Shown here: positions 17,536 through 27,704 of the stretch, one piece after another
How positions within the stretch are numbered: position 1 is the stretch's first letter
Layout of the letters: each line of letters starts with the position of its first letter
The notes under the pieces: generated by a model
Told to the model about the DNA's origin: nothing
The model's input: the letters and a program-made list of their open reading frames with translations, nothing else
Databases searched by the model: none
Translations under genes and position numbers: made by a program
From: a virus
Direction: 5' to 3' (one strand)
IMG/VR virus record: IMGVR_UViG_3300044729_003379
Span: 1-64,000 of that record
Length of the DNA: 64,000 nucleotides

Positions 17536-18398
17536 AAGCACAATTTGCAACAGAACTAGCTTCTTCTTTTTATTTATGGCTTGAAAACAAGTTGTTGTTG
17601 CCAAATTTTAAGGCGTATGCAACGAACAAGTCAAATTCCTTTTCATATGTCTCTTCTTTTATTGATGTGCCAAGTGGATATGCGGCTTATCAAGGTAAAT
17701 TTAGACAATTGGTTGCCGATCAATCTGTTGATGTGCCTAATTCTGGAATTTTTGTGAATGGTTCTTTTGTTTCTGGTAACGCACCAAATCTTTATATAGA
17801 CTACGATAATGGAAGAGTTGTTTTTCCTTTGAATTCTGGAACAGGGCTAACTGTAACAGCAAACAATACAATTAAAGAAGTAAATACTTATTTTACAGAA
17901 GATGACGAAGAACAAATTATTGTGACAAGTGATTTCATCGATTCTTCTGAAACTTCAAGCACCAACCTCTTCTCTAAAACAAAAAAGAGAGACGAAAAGA
18001 CATTTATACTTCCTGCTTGTTTTGTTAGATTTATAAATAACGAAAATGAAGAATTCTCATTTGGTGGAGAAGAAAAAACCACATCAAGAATTCAAGTCAT
18101 AGTAATGGCCTTTGACAATGCAACATTAGACAATCTCCTTTCTTTATTAGCGGACTCTGTAAGAGAATGCATTACAAGAGTTCCTTATGAACAGTTTCCT
18201 TATGGAAGATTTTTTGATGTAAAATCTTTTCCCTATTCTTATTCAAACTTTATTTCAAATTATACCTCAAAATCATATATTGAAAGTGTAAATACATCTA
18301 AAATAAATAGTTCAGTTGTGCTGAATAAATACAACAAAGACGTTTTAGTGGGGTTAGTTGATTTTGATATTTCAACTTATCGATTCCCCCGCCTTTAA
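17532..18398 (+). CDS. Tail terminator-like protein
   Basis: Immediately upstream of tail tube; LPACFV motif. Confidence 0.5.
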   Translation: MKAQFATELASSFYLWLENKLLLPNFKAYATNKSNSFSYVSSFIDVPSGYAAYQGKFRQLVADQSVDVPNSGIFVNGSFVSGNAPNLYIDYDNGRVVFPLNSGTGLTVTANNTIKEVNTYFTEDDEEQIIVTSDFIDSSETSSTNLFSKTKKRDEKTFILPACFVRFINNENEEFSFGGEEKTTSRIQVIVMAFDNATLDNLLSLLADSVRECITRVPYEQFPYGRFFDVKSFPYSYSNFISNYTSKSYIESVNTSKINSSVVLNKYNKDVLVGLVDFDISTYRFPRL

Positions 18399-18399
18399 T

Positions 18400-18427
18400 T
18401 TTCCCAAGTCGGGTTTTATACTGTAAA
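18400..18427 (+). promoter_or_regulatory. Putative strong late promoter
   Basis: TTTCCCAAG-N13-TGTAAA upstream of the tail tube gene. Confidence 0.6.
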
Positions 18428-18455
18428 GACTTATAACTCATACCCCTTTTAAATC

Positions 18456-19631
18456 ATGTCTTCCCGTGTTAGAAAAATTTCCGCAAACAAAGCTGTTTAC
18501 GCCACAAAAACAGGAGTTTTTGTCCACGCAAGCAGCGGTATTGAAGCAACTCAGCTTCACAGAATTAACAATTTTACTTTCGAAGTTGATATCGCGGGTT
18601 CTCGACAAGATATTAGAGAATTCGGTCAGCTTGCTCGTATCGGTTCTTTGATTAATTCCGATCTTACTCCCACTTGTTCTTTTGATTACTACTTGACTGA
18701 CGGGGAAAACGAATCCCATCTTGGATTCGAAATTAAAAACTCTATTGTTGCTAACGCGGCTTCTGTTCAAGGTATTTCTGGTATTCTTACCGAAGACCCA
18801 AGATATAGAGAAAGAAATATTTTCATCGCTACGGTTGGTGAGGGTAAGGATGCTTTTGATGCCGATTCTTGGGCCAGCGAAACAGAAATTGATGTTGTTG
18901 GATTTGGAAATGCTTTCATTACCGATTACACCGTTGATCTTTCGGTTGGCGAAATTCCAACCGCTAGCGTTTCCTACGATTGTGGCAACATTCAATTCTA
19001 TACTGGAAACAGCACCGGATTAGCCAATCCGTCAATTAAAGCTTCGAACGGCGCTCCTGCCGATAACGGTTTAATTGGTCTTCCTGTTCCTAATTCTGGA
19101 AACTCCTTGGTTGACGTTTTAAGAGCGGGTCAAATTGAAGTTAACCTTTCTTCTGCAACCGCACTTGGTATTGGTGGGGTTGATCTCGCCACGCTTCACC
19201 CTCAGTCGGTTTCTATTTCGGTTCCTCTTGCCAGAGAACCCCTTGAAGAGTTGGGTGCGGTCCTTCCTTATGCGAGACCTCTCACCTTCCCAATTGACGT
19301 TACCCTCTCTGTTAGCGCCATTACTTCAAATCAAACAGAGGGTAATATCGCCGCCCTTTTAACTGGTTGTGGTGGTCAAGAGACGAGAGACATTCGCGTT
19401 ACTCTTAAGGATAGATGTGATAGTTCTACCTCAAGACTCGTTTACATCTTAAAAGATGCGGTTCTTGATTCTCAGAACTTCTCACAAGATCTAGACGGCA
19501 ATGAAACCGTGGACTTACAGTTCTCGGCCCAAATCGGTGGAGCCAATACTCAAACGGCTGGTATTTTCATGAGCGGTTCCTACAACCTTGCAAATGGAAG
19601 CATCTTAAATCCAACTCGTTATACGCTGTAA
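18456..19631 (+). CDS. Major tail tube protein
   Basis: Beta-rich, 391 aa, biased codons, terminator after, upstream of chaperones and TMP. Confidence 0.7.
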   Translation: MSSRVRKISANKAVYATKTGVFVHASSGIEATQLHRINNFTFEVDIAGSRQDIREFGQLARIGSLINSDLTPTCSFDYYLTDGENESHLGFEIKNSIVANAASVQGISGILTEDPRYRERNIFIATVGEGKDAFDADSWASETEIDVVGFGNAFITDYTVDLSVGEIPTASVSYDCGNIQFYTGNSTGLANPSIKASNGAPADNGLIGLPVPNSGNSLVDVLRAGQIEVNLSSATALGIGGVDLATLHPQSVSISVPLAREPLEELGAVLPYARPLTFPIDVTLSVSAITSNQTEGNIAALLTGCGGQETRDIRVTLKDRCDSSTSRLVYILKDAVLDSQNFSQDLDGNETVDLQFSAQIGGANTQTAGIFMSGSYNLANGSILNPTRYTL

Positions 19632-19659
19632 TAAAATAGCTAAACCAATTTTTGGTTTG

Positions 19660-19686
19660 AAGGCTCGCCAAGCGAGCCTTTTTTTT
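19660..19686 (+). terminator. Intrinsic terminator
   Basis: aaggctcgc-caa-gcgagcctt followed by a T-tract. Confidence 0.85.
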
Positions 19687-19700
19687 GTGTATATATCAAT

Positions 19701-20183
19701 ATGACGGGACAATACATTGGATTTCACAATCAAAATTTTGCTGGCACGGCATCTATAACGGTGCAAGTTCCTGATAGTGGTTTTTCTCTTAAATTTGGAA
19801 GAGTTGGGTCTTGGGCTTCTCCTCCTTATGATCCATTTGTTGAAGTTGTTTCTTTTTCTGGATACAGTGGATATTTGTTTGATCAAAGAGGAAACATGGT
19901 TGGGGGTTATTTAAAGGGGGATCAGTTTGATTTGGAGTTTGACGTTTTTTACGGTAGTGGTCAACTCAATAGAATGTCTTACAAAATAAACAATGTTTTA
20001 ATTGCTAACAACATACCAATTAATTCTGGTGACGTATTTATTGACGCGGTTATCTTCGAAGACTATGGCGATCAAAACAATCTATTTATGCCAATGAAAT
20101 TTGAAACAGGTTCTCCAACAGCAATTGCTGGTAATACTGGATTGTATTTATTAGCCGATGGTTTTTATTTAGTTGGTTCTTGA
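19701..20183 (+). CDS. Putative virion protein, SG/TG-rich
   Basis: GTGTA-N9-ATG; beta-rich. Confidence 0.6.
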   Translation: MTGQYIGFHNQNFAGTASITVQVPDSGFSLKFGRVGSWASPPYDPFVEVVSFSGYSGYLFDQRGNMVGGYLKGDQFDLEFDVFYGSGQLNRMSYKINNVLIANNIPINSGDVFIDAVIFEDYGDQNNLFMPMKFETGSPTAIAGNTGLYLLADGFYLVGS

Positions 20184-20217
20184 TTTTTAATCAAAAAGAA
20201 GATATAATATTGTATAT

Positions 20218-20988
20218 ATGAAAGATTTATACTCGTTTACGGTTTCTATTGTTTCTCCTATTTCTAAAAAGAAGGAGAAGGTTGAGGTTGTCATCAAGAA
20301 GCCCAATCATTCGATGATTGAAAACGCGGAATTCTTTTATGCATCAAAGTTTAACGAGTATTTGAATGCAGGATTTCTTTCGAAAGCAATGGTTCAGAAA
20401 AAGCTTTCTGATCTTGGTGGTATCCTTGGAAAGGGAGAAGAAGAAAACATCACCAATGAAATTACTAATATCTTTGATGCCCAAAGGATTGTGGAATTCT
20501 TCTCTTCTTCAAAAGAAGCGGATCTTTCGGAAGAACAAAAAAGTAAACTCGATAAAGCAAAGAAGCTCATCGCCAAATCAAGAAAGACTTTGACGGAATA
20601 TAATGTTCATGCCGCATCTATGTTTAATCAAACGGCAGATGTTAAAGCTCAAGAGAAATTAATTAAGTGGTTTGCCCTTTTCTGTTCTTTTTACAGAGAG
20701 ACTGTTGGAGATAAAACTAATGATTTCGAAATCTTCGAAGGGGCGACTCTTAAGGAAAAGGAAGAGTTTTACAACAAAATTCTTGACGAAGAATTTGACC
20801 AATCTGATGTTGATTTGAACAGAAAGGCTTTAATTATTGGAGAAGCCGCGAGAACAATTGGTCAAGTTATTGCTATTTGGTATAATGGATTAGGGTCTGA
20901 CCAGAAAGAAATCAAGAGACAACTTGATGCTTTAGAAAAAGAAGAAGAGCTTAATGAGGATATTATTAACAGCATTACCGATGAATGA
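20218..20988 (+). CDS. Tail assembly chaperone-like protein
   Basis: Between tube and TMP; TTGATT-17-TATAAT upstream. Confidence 0.55.
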   Translation: MKDLYSFTVSIVSPISKKKEKVEVVIKKPNHSMIENAEFFYASKFNEYLNAGFLSKAMVQKKLSDLGGILGKGEEENITNEITNIFDAQRIVEFFSSSKEADLSEEQKSKLDKAKKLIAKSRKTLTEYNVHAASMFNQTADVKAQEKLIKWFALFCSFYRETVGDKTNDFEIFEGATLKEKEEFYNKILDEEFDQSDVDLNRKALIIGEAARTIGQVIAIWYNGLGSDQKEIKRQLDALEKEEELNEDIINSITDE

Positions 20989-21851
20989 AAGACATTCATT
21001 ATATTCTTCTTGCTGAAATAGTTCAAAAATATTCAGTATTAGAGCTTCCCAAAAAAAGCATATACTTCAAGCATCCTTCTTTAAAAGATTCGTTCAGAGA
21101 AGCCTTGGGAAGGAAAGAGTTTCTAAAGGAAGCCGAAATGATCGGCTTGAAAAGCCGCGAAGAACTTTTAAATGTGGCTTATCAAAGCGGTCGTTGGACA
21201 AAGGAAAAGGATGCCCTTCTTGATGATCTTGAGTTTGCTATTAATAGCAGAAACAAAGTTCTCAAAAAGATAGAAGACAATAACATGAAAAAAGAAATCC
21301 TTTCTCAAATTGAGAGGGATTCGACAGAATTAAATGCTTTATCGAAAGAAAAAAGGGCATTGACTTCTGCTTCAAAAGAGGTTTTCATAGAACAAAAACT
21401 GATTAAAAAAAGCTTTTCTTCAAGGCTCTTTTATGATTTAGATTTCTTGGAACCAATTGATATTGAAGACTTGAACGCTTGTTACAACCAATATATAGAA
21501 AAGGTTGTATCTTTGAGTGATCGCGATAATTTGTTATGGGTTTCTTTTATTCCTGATTTTATTGATTTGTTTATTTTCAATACAGATGTATCTTGTATTT
21601 TCGACGAAAAGGGTATAAATCTAACAATTTTCCAAAAGAACGTTTTGTCTTATGGTAGTCTTCTTGTAACAAAGCTTAGAAACAGCTATAATATGCCAGA
21701 TTCCATAAGGAATAATCCCATAAAAATATACGAGTGGAGCGAAGGTTCTTCTAAGTCGAAAAGTGTAGATGACTCTGACTTTAACATTAGAGAAAAGGTT
21801 AAGAAGTCCGGTGGATTGGAAAAAATGAAACCCGAGGACAAATTGACATAA
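20985..21851 (+). CDS. Tail assembly chaperone-like protein 2
   Basis: Synteny before TMP. Confidence 0.5.
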   Translation: MKDIHYILLAEIVQKYSVLELPKKSIYFKHPSLKDSFREALGRKEFLKEAEMIGLKSREELLNVAYQSGRWTKEKDALLDDLEFAINSRNKVLKKIEDNNMKKEILSQIERDSTELNALSKEKRALTSASKEVFIEQKLIKKSFSSRLFYDLDFLEPIDIEDLNACYNQYIEKVVSLSDRDNLLWVSFIPDFIDLFIFNTDVSCIFDEKGINLTIFQKNVLSYGSLLVTKLRNSYNMPDSIRNNPIKIYEWSEGSSKSKSVDDSDFNIREKVKKSGGLEKMKPEDKLT

Positions 21852-21881
21852 CAAAACATTACATAAAGTGTAATGTAGTGT

Positions 21882-24800
21882 ATGGCAACGGCTCCAGTTA
21901 ATGTAAATGCCAATTTAAACTTTAATCCACAAAGTTTAAATGCAGCAAGTAGGCAGGTTCAATCTGCCTTTGGGAATATTAATATTCCCACCAAACCTCT
22001 TGCGGCGTTTAATAATTCTTTAGGAAGAATTACTGGACAAGCCTCTGAATTTGACAAATCAATCAATGCAGCTACTGCGCGTGTGTTCGCCTTCGGCGCG
22101 GCTGTTACCATCATTAATGGTATCTCCTCTTCTTTTAAATCTCTTGTTTCGGCGACGATAGAGGTTGAAAAGAGAATCACTGAAATTGGGGCAGTTCTTC
22201 AAACAACATCTTCCCAATTAAATGAATTCAAAAATGAAATTTTCGATGTTGCCAAAAATACTGGTCAAGCATTTTCTACCGTAGCCGACGCTGCTCAAGA
22301 ATTAGCAAGACAGGGTTTGTCGGCAGAAGAAACAGCGAAAAGATTAAATGCCTCGCTTATCTTAACAAGAATTTCTGGATTGGATGCAGAAGATTCTGTT
22401 AAAGCTTTAACTTCGGCTATTAACGGATTTGCTTCCGCTGGTTTATCTGCTGAACAAATTGTTAATAAATTGGTTGCCGTCGATACGGCCTTTGCCGTTT
22501 CCGCGAAAGACCTTGCAGACGGTTTCTCCCGCGCAGGTTCTACCGCAGAAGATGCTGGGGTTTCTTTTGATGAACTTCTTGGCTTAATTACTTCCGTTCA
22601 ACAAACGACTGCGAGAGGTGGTGCCGTTATTGGCAACGCCTTTAAATCTATTTTTGCAAGACTTTCAAGAGGAACCGTTATTGAAGATTTGAAAGCCCTT
22701 GGTGTTGAAATTGATCAAAGTCAAACAGGTGTTCAAAAATTACAAGCCCTCGCAACGGCTCTTCAAGGGATTTCTGATCCGACTCAAGCTAATGCAATTA
22801 AAGAACTTGCTGGTGGAGTTTTCCAAATTAACGTTGTTTCTGCTGCTTTAAAAGATTTATCAAATGAATCTTCTATTTTTGCACAAGCATCAAGAACGGC
22901 TGGAGAAGCTTCAAATGAAGCCTTCCAGAAAAATGCTGAATTGAATAAAACATTAGCTGCTCAATTTAATTCCTTAATTCAAGGATTAACTGAGTTGGGT
23001 TCGAAGATCGGGGATCTTTCTATTGCTCCTGTTATAGAAAAACTCCTCACGGGGGCAAATCAACTTATCGAAATCTTAAACAAGGTTTTCGATCCAGAGC
23101 AAGGCAACAAATTCATTCAAGGGTTTTTTAAAGGAATTGGTAATTTCTTGGCTGGTCCGGGTTTGATTTTGATTTCTGCGGCTTTCTTTAAATTGTTTCA
23201 ACTTGTGGCCAAGTTTGCAAAGGAAGGTATTTCAGACTTGTTTAAAATTGGAACCGAACAAGAGAAGATTAAAAATATTGAAGCAGGAATCGTCTCCCTT
23301 CTTCAAAAAGACGCTAATTTAAGACAGGTTCTTGCTAGTGCAACTGCTACTCAAGCCCAAAAAGAACAAGCAGTTATCAACGCTATTAAACAAGAAAATA
23401 TTCTCTTGACTCAACAGCAACAGATATTAAATAGTATTGCTTCTGCTGCAAGAACCGCTGGTGTTGGAGGATTTACTCCTAGTGGTGGGTTTTCTAAACG
23501 AAGTGGTAAAGGTAAATTTGCTGCTGGGTTTATGGAAGAAGAGGCAATGGCCAAGGCTTTAGGTGCTTCTAGTTCTGTAAAAGCCAAATATGGAAAAGGA
23601 ACAATTGATGGACAAAAGTTCATCATGAATAATCAAGAGGTTGAAATTCCAAACTTTGGTGGTGGAAAAGATAGTGCGGTTATTCCTACTTATGCTAGTG
23701 GTTTTGTTCCGAATTTTAATAAAAGGCCAAGACCTGTAAAAGTATCTTATAATCAACCATTAACAAAAAATGAAATAGAAGAATTTGGTATTAAAAAAGA
23801 CGAGATCGACAGCTTTAACAAAAAAATTAATTCTTTATCTGGCAAGTCATGGACATCACTTGATAATATCACGAAGAATAGCAAAAATCAAACAGATATA
23901 GCTGCGGCAAAAATTCTTTTAGCAAGAAGAGGCAAACAAAAAGAACAGAATCTGGAACAAGCTTTTGTTGGCTCTGCATTAAAACCATTAGATATAATGG
24001 CTCCAGAATTTGGATATTTAATTCCAGAATTCAAAAGATCACAGGAAATCGACCCAACCCAAAAATATAATACAAAAGATAAATGGAAGGGTAAGGTGGT
24101 TCATTTTAATTTATTAAACACACCTCTTCGCGGACCTTTTCCAGAAAAAATAATAGAATCAGAAAATAAAGATGAAGACATAGCTGATTCTGTTATGAAC
24201 AAGATAATTAGCGAAACCGTAAAATATGCCGACAAAATTGGCGATCCAATATTTCAAACGCCTAATTTAAGCGCAATAAAAAAGGGTCTTGGAGAAGGAG
24301 GCAATAGAGGTGCTTATGGAGCCGTTCTAGGCGCTGCTGGTGCAGCATTTGAAGCAGCTATGGTAGCTGGGCTAGGTATTGATAATGCAAATGTGCCAAA
24401 ACTTGGAGAAGCAGATTTTGATGTTGAAAATGTTTCTCCTTCGTTAGAAAAGTTATTCAATATATCAAATATATCTAGGGCAGATTTTAAAGTGAAAGAC
24501 TCAGAAACGGGTATTTCAAGTTTCGGAAGAAAGATTTTAAATACAGGAAAATATAATAATGTTTTAAAAGATTATCTAAATTTACCAGACGAAAACGAAA
24601 AAGAAACTTCCAAAAGGCCAAGAAAGAAGAACAGGACAAGAGCATCTGGTTTCATCCCAAATTTTAACTCCTTAAACAAAGGAGTTCCTATTTCTCAAAT
24701 TCGCGCACATTTTGATGAATTCGGAAATCCAATTGCCGTAACCAATAAACGAGATGAACCAAATGGATTAAAAGATGCAATAAAGAGAGAGAAAAGAGGG

Positions 24801-27701
24801 GAGAGTATGTTTGCTGGGGGTTTTATTCCTAACTTTGCCGTTCCTAAAAAGGTTAAATTAAAATCGAGAAATGCAGGACAGGCAACAGGGGTTCCAGAAG
24901 AAAGTGGTGGAGTTTTTGGCAAAAGCGCGGTAACTGGATTAGCTATTTCTTCTCTTATTTCTGTTGGAATAAATCCTCTTACTGAATCTTTAAAAATAAG
25001 CTCAGAACAAATCCAAAAAGAAATAGATAAAAGAGACGAGTTAAATTCAAAATTAGATGAAGAGAAGCAAAAAGAAAAGCAAGACCCGTCTGTAATTAAG
25101 GATTTAGAAAAACAGATTGAATCTTTGAATAAGTCTGTTTCAACAATGGAGTCAACAAATGCCTCTATAGAAAAAACGGTTGGGACAATCGCTGGGGTTG
25201 CTAATATTGCATCAACGTTAAGTGGGTTTATTGATTTTAAAAAATCATTTACAAAAATAGGCCCAGCTTTATCAAGAGGCGCTCCTAGCCTCGGATTAGC
25301 TGCGGCAGGTGGCGCTGGCGGTGCTGGTGGTGCTGCTGCTGGGACAGGATTGCTTGGGGTTGGTGCTGGAACTGTTGTTGGTTTAGGCGCTGCTGCTTTA
25401 GCTGTAGGAGTCGGGATCGGAGAGGCGATTAAATTTGTGGTAGGTTCAGAAATTGAAAAAGCAGAACAAAAAGCCAATGCCCCATTTCAAAAAGCTAGAG
25501 AAATGTCTGGCGTTGGTTTTAGAGCAGAAAGATTTGCTCAAAAACAAAAAGAACTTGCCGATTTACAAAGACAACGCCAAGAATTAGATCAACAAAGAGT
25601 TGATATTAAAAATTCAGTAAATAGAACGGTTGTAAATCCTTATGCAGAAAGAGAGATTTTCGATAAAACAAACATCTTAGGAACAGAAGGAATTGTCGAT
25701 TTTACTAAAGAAGTTAATTCCTTGTCTCAAGGAATGGATGATATTTCAAAAATGCAAATGTCTAGAAAACCTCAGACTTTGCAGGGAGAAATAAGAACAG
25801 CAAGAATGTTTAGCGATAAACAATTTGAAAGACAAAAAGAAGAAAGATCCTTAGAATTTAGAAGCAAGCAAGTTTCTTCTTCTCTTGAATCTGGAAAGAT
25901 TCTTGAACAATTAATTCCAAAGAAAGTTGATATTCCTACAAATGTTACCGATGATGTTTTAAAGGGTTTAGAAAAACAATTATCTGAGGAATCTCAGAAG
26001 TTCCAAGATACAGAAAAGGTTTCAAAATTGGGTTCAGAAATTCAAAAATTATATGGAGATTTGGCTAAGATTCCTTATGGAATTAGAGATCCAAAATTTA
26101 ATGAAGAAGTCGCTCTTAAACAAAAACAAATAGAAGTAAAAACAGAACAACAAAGAAAAGAATCAGTAAAACCATTACTAGCAGAAAGCGATGAAAAAAG
26201 AATAGCTGATCTCCAAAAACAAATCGAAGCAAGAAAATCTGTCGAAACAAGAAAACAAGCTGAGTCCAGAAAAACTGGATTAATGCAAGATGTTACAAAA
26301 TCATTCGGTAATTTATTGAATATTGATTTTAATAAATTTAAGAACTCTGATGGTAACTTTACGTCGCAATCTATAAACGATTTTTCTGCGGCACAAAAAG
26401 ATGCACTCAAAGACCTTGATAGCAAAGTTGCTTCTTTGGAAGCAGCCTTGGGCGAAACAGCAACGGAAGATCAAAAGAAAACAAACGCAGAATTTATACA
26501 AAAGTATAAAGAAAACGCACAACAATTAGCAAAAGACCAATCAGACGCCTTTAGACAAGCTTCAATTGCTGATTTTCAAAATAGACAAAATATATTAAGA
26601 CAAGAACAGGAGCTTCTCAATAAATTTATTGATGATTTTAATGCCAGCTTCGGACAAAATCTTGATTCGGTAATTTCTAGCTTAGATAATCTCAGAAATG
26701 CAACACCAATTGCTCAGGCTAGAGATTTCTCTATAGGAAAGATTGGACAGGGAAGTATTACTAGAAAACCCGGAAGTGCAACTTTAGGGGGTGGAACCTT
26801 GGGTCAAAGGTCAGACATTTTTGCATCTAGACTTAACACAGTTAAACAGTTTGAAAGCCAATTTTCTCAATCTCAATTATCTGGATTGCTTGACCCAGTT
26901 CAACAAGCCAAGTTTAGAAGTAATTTAGCTGGACAAACATTGGGTGGTGGATCAGTTTCTGCCATACAACAGGACTTAATCACACCAGCGGCCCAACAAT
27001 TAATTGGAAAAGACGGAGTTCTTTCTCAGGTTTCTAAAACAGCAAACGCAGGTGCATTAAATCAAGGCGCAGGTTTACAGCTTGAAAACCTTATCAAAGG
27101 ATTAAAGGGGTTAGCTGGACAGACTAAAGATAACTCCCTTCTTCAAAAAATATCTGAACTCGAAAAACTTAGAGGAGGAAGTGCTTCTGATATTGTCAGC
27201 GGAATTTCTGGACTTGATCTTGATAAATTCAAATCTCTTGGAGAATCTGGTCAATTATCTGGTCAACAGCTTCAAATAGAAGCCTTATCTGGCATAACTG
27301 GTTTGGGGAAAATGTTAAACGGAGAAGCCCTTCTTAATGAACAGCAAAAGTTAACACAATCTAATCAAGAATTAACAAAGGCAATTCAATCATTAAGCGA
27401 TTTCCTCAAAGAAAGAGGGCTTAGTCCTCTTGACGAAAAGGGAAATGTTAAATCTCCATCTATTGAAGTTGTTGAATCAGAGGAAGCAAATAAAGAGCAA
27501 ATTGCCGCAATTAAACAAAAGGCGAAAGAACTCGATGACGCGATTATTATTGCTACTCAAAGTGTTCGTTCTTCAAAAGACGCCTATATAGAGGCTTCTA
27601 AAGCATATTCTGCGCTTGTTCAAAATATAACAAATAATCCAATTCCATCAGGAAAACCGGGTTCTACTGGAGAACCAGATCCGAATACGCAACCAAGATA
27701 A
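21882..27701 (+). CDS. Tail tape measure protein
   Basis: 1939 aa; TP901-type N-terminal core (ELARQG, DLADGFSRAG, IGNAFKSI); coiled coils; Gly/Ala hydrophobic segment. Confidence 0.92.
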   Translation: MATAPVNVNANLNFNPQSLNAASRQVQSAFGNINIPTKPLAAFNNSLGRITGQASEFDKSINAATARVFAFGAAVTIINGISSSFKSLVSATIEVEKRITEIGAVLQTTSSQLNEFKNEIFDVAKNTGQAFSTVADAAQELARQGLSAEETAKRLNASLILTRISGLDAEDSVKALTSAINGFASAGLSAEQIVNKLVAVDTAFAVSAKDLADGFSRAGSTAEDAGVSFDELLGLITSVQQTTARGGAVIGNAFKSIFARLSRGTVIEDLKALGVEIDQSQTGVQKLQALATALQGISDPTQANAIKELAGGVFQINVVSAALKDLSNESSIFAQASRTAGEASNEAFQKNAELNKTLAAQFNSLIQGLTELGSKIGDLSIAPVIEKLLTGANQLIEILNKVFDPEQGNKFIQGFFKGIGNFLAGPGLILISAAFFKLFQLVAKFAKEGISDLFKIGTEQEKIKNIEAGIVSLLQKDANLRQVLASATATQAQKEQAVINAIKQENILLTQQQQILNSIASAARTAGVGGFTPSGGFSKRSGKGKFAAGFMEEEAMAKALGASSSVKAKYGKGTIDGQKFIMNNQEVEIPNFGGGKDSAVIPTYASGFVPNFNKRPRPVKVSYNQPLTKNEIEEFGIKKDEIDSFNKKINSLSGKSWTSLDNITKNSKNQTDIAAAKILLARRGKQKEQNLEQAFVGSALKPLDIMAPEFGYLIPEFKRSQEIDPTQKYNTKDKWKGKVVHFNLLNTPLRGPFPEKIIESENKDEDIADSVMNKIISETVKYADKIGDPIFQTPNLSAIKKGLGEGGNRGAYGAVLGAAGAAFEAAMVAGLGIDNANVPKLGEADFDVENVSPSLEKLFNISNISRADFKVKDSETGISSFGRKILNTGKYNNVLKDYLNLPDENEKETSKRPRKKNRTRASGFIPNFNSLNKGVPISQIRAHFDEFGNPIAVTNKRDEPNGLKDAIKREKRGESMFAGGFIPNFAVPKKVKLKSRNAGQATGVPEESGGVFGKSAVTGLAISSLISVGINPLTESLKISSEQIQKEIDKRDELNSKLDEEKQKEKQDPSVIKDLEKQIESLNKSVSTMESTNASIEKTVGTIAGVANIASTLSGFIDFKKSFTKIGPALSRGAPSLGLAAAGGAGGAGGAAAGTGLLGVGAGTVVGLGAAALAVGVGIGEAIKFVVGSEIEKAEQKANAPFQKAREMSGVGFRAERFAQKQKELADLQRQRQELDQQRVDIKNSVNRTVVNPYAEREIFDKTNILGTEGIVDFTKEVNSLSQGMDDISKMQMSRKPQTLQGEIRTARMFSDKQFERQKEERSLEFRSKQVSSSLESGKILEQLIPKKVDIPTNVTDDVLKGLEKQLSEESQKFQDTEKVSKLGSEIQKLYGDLAKIPYGIRDPKFNEEVALKQKQIEVKTEQQRKESVKPLLAESDEKRIADLQKQIEARKSVETRKQAESRKTGLMQDVTKSFGNLLNIDFNKFKNSDGNFTSQSINDFSAAQKDALKDLDSKVASLEAALGETATEDQKKTNAEFIQKYKENAQQLAKDQSDAFRQASIADFQNRQNILRQEQELLNKFIDDFNASFGQNLDSVISSLDNLRNATPIAQARDFSIGKIGQGSITRKPGSATLGGGTLGQRSDIFASRLNTVKQFESQFSQSQLSGLLDPVQQAKFRSNLAGQTLGGGSVSAIQQDLITPAAQQLIGKDGVLSQVSKTANAGALNQGAGLQLENLIKGLKGLAGQTKDNSLLQKISELEKLRGGSASDIVSGISGLDLDKFKSLGESGQLSGQQLQIEALSGITGLGKMLNGEALLNEQQKLTQSNQELTKAIQSLSDFLKERGLSPLDEKGNVKSPSIEVVESEEANKEQIAAIKQKAKELDDAIIIATQSVRSSKDAYIEASKAYSALVQNITNNPIPSGKPGSTGEPDPNTQPR

Positions 27702-27704
27702 CAA

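Noticed and set aside
20218-21851. Programmed frameshift between tail chaperones
   Set aside because: The ORFs overlap by an ordinary ATGA coupling, and I saw no convincing slippery site near the junction.
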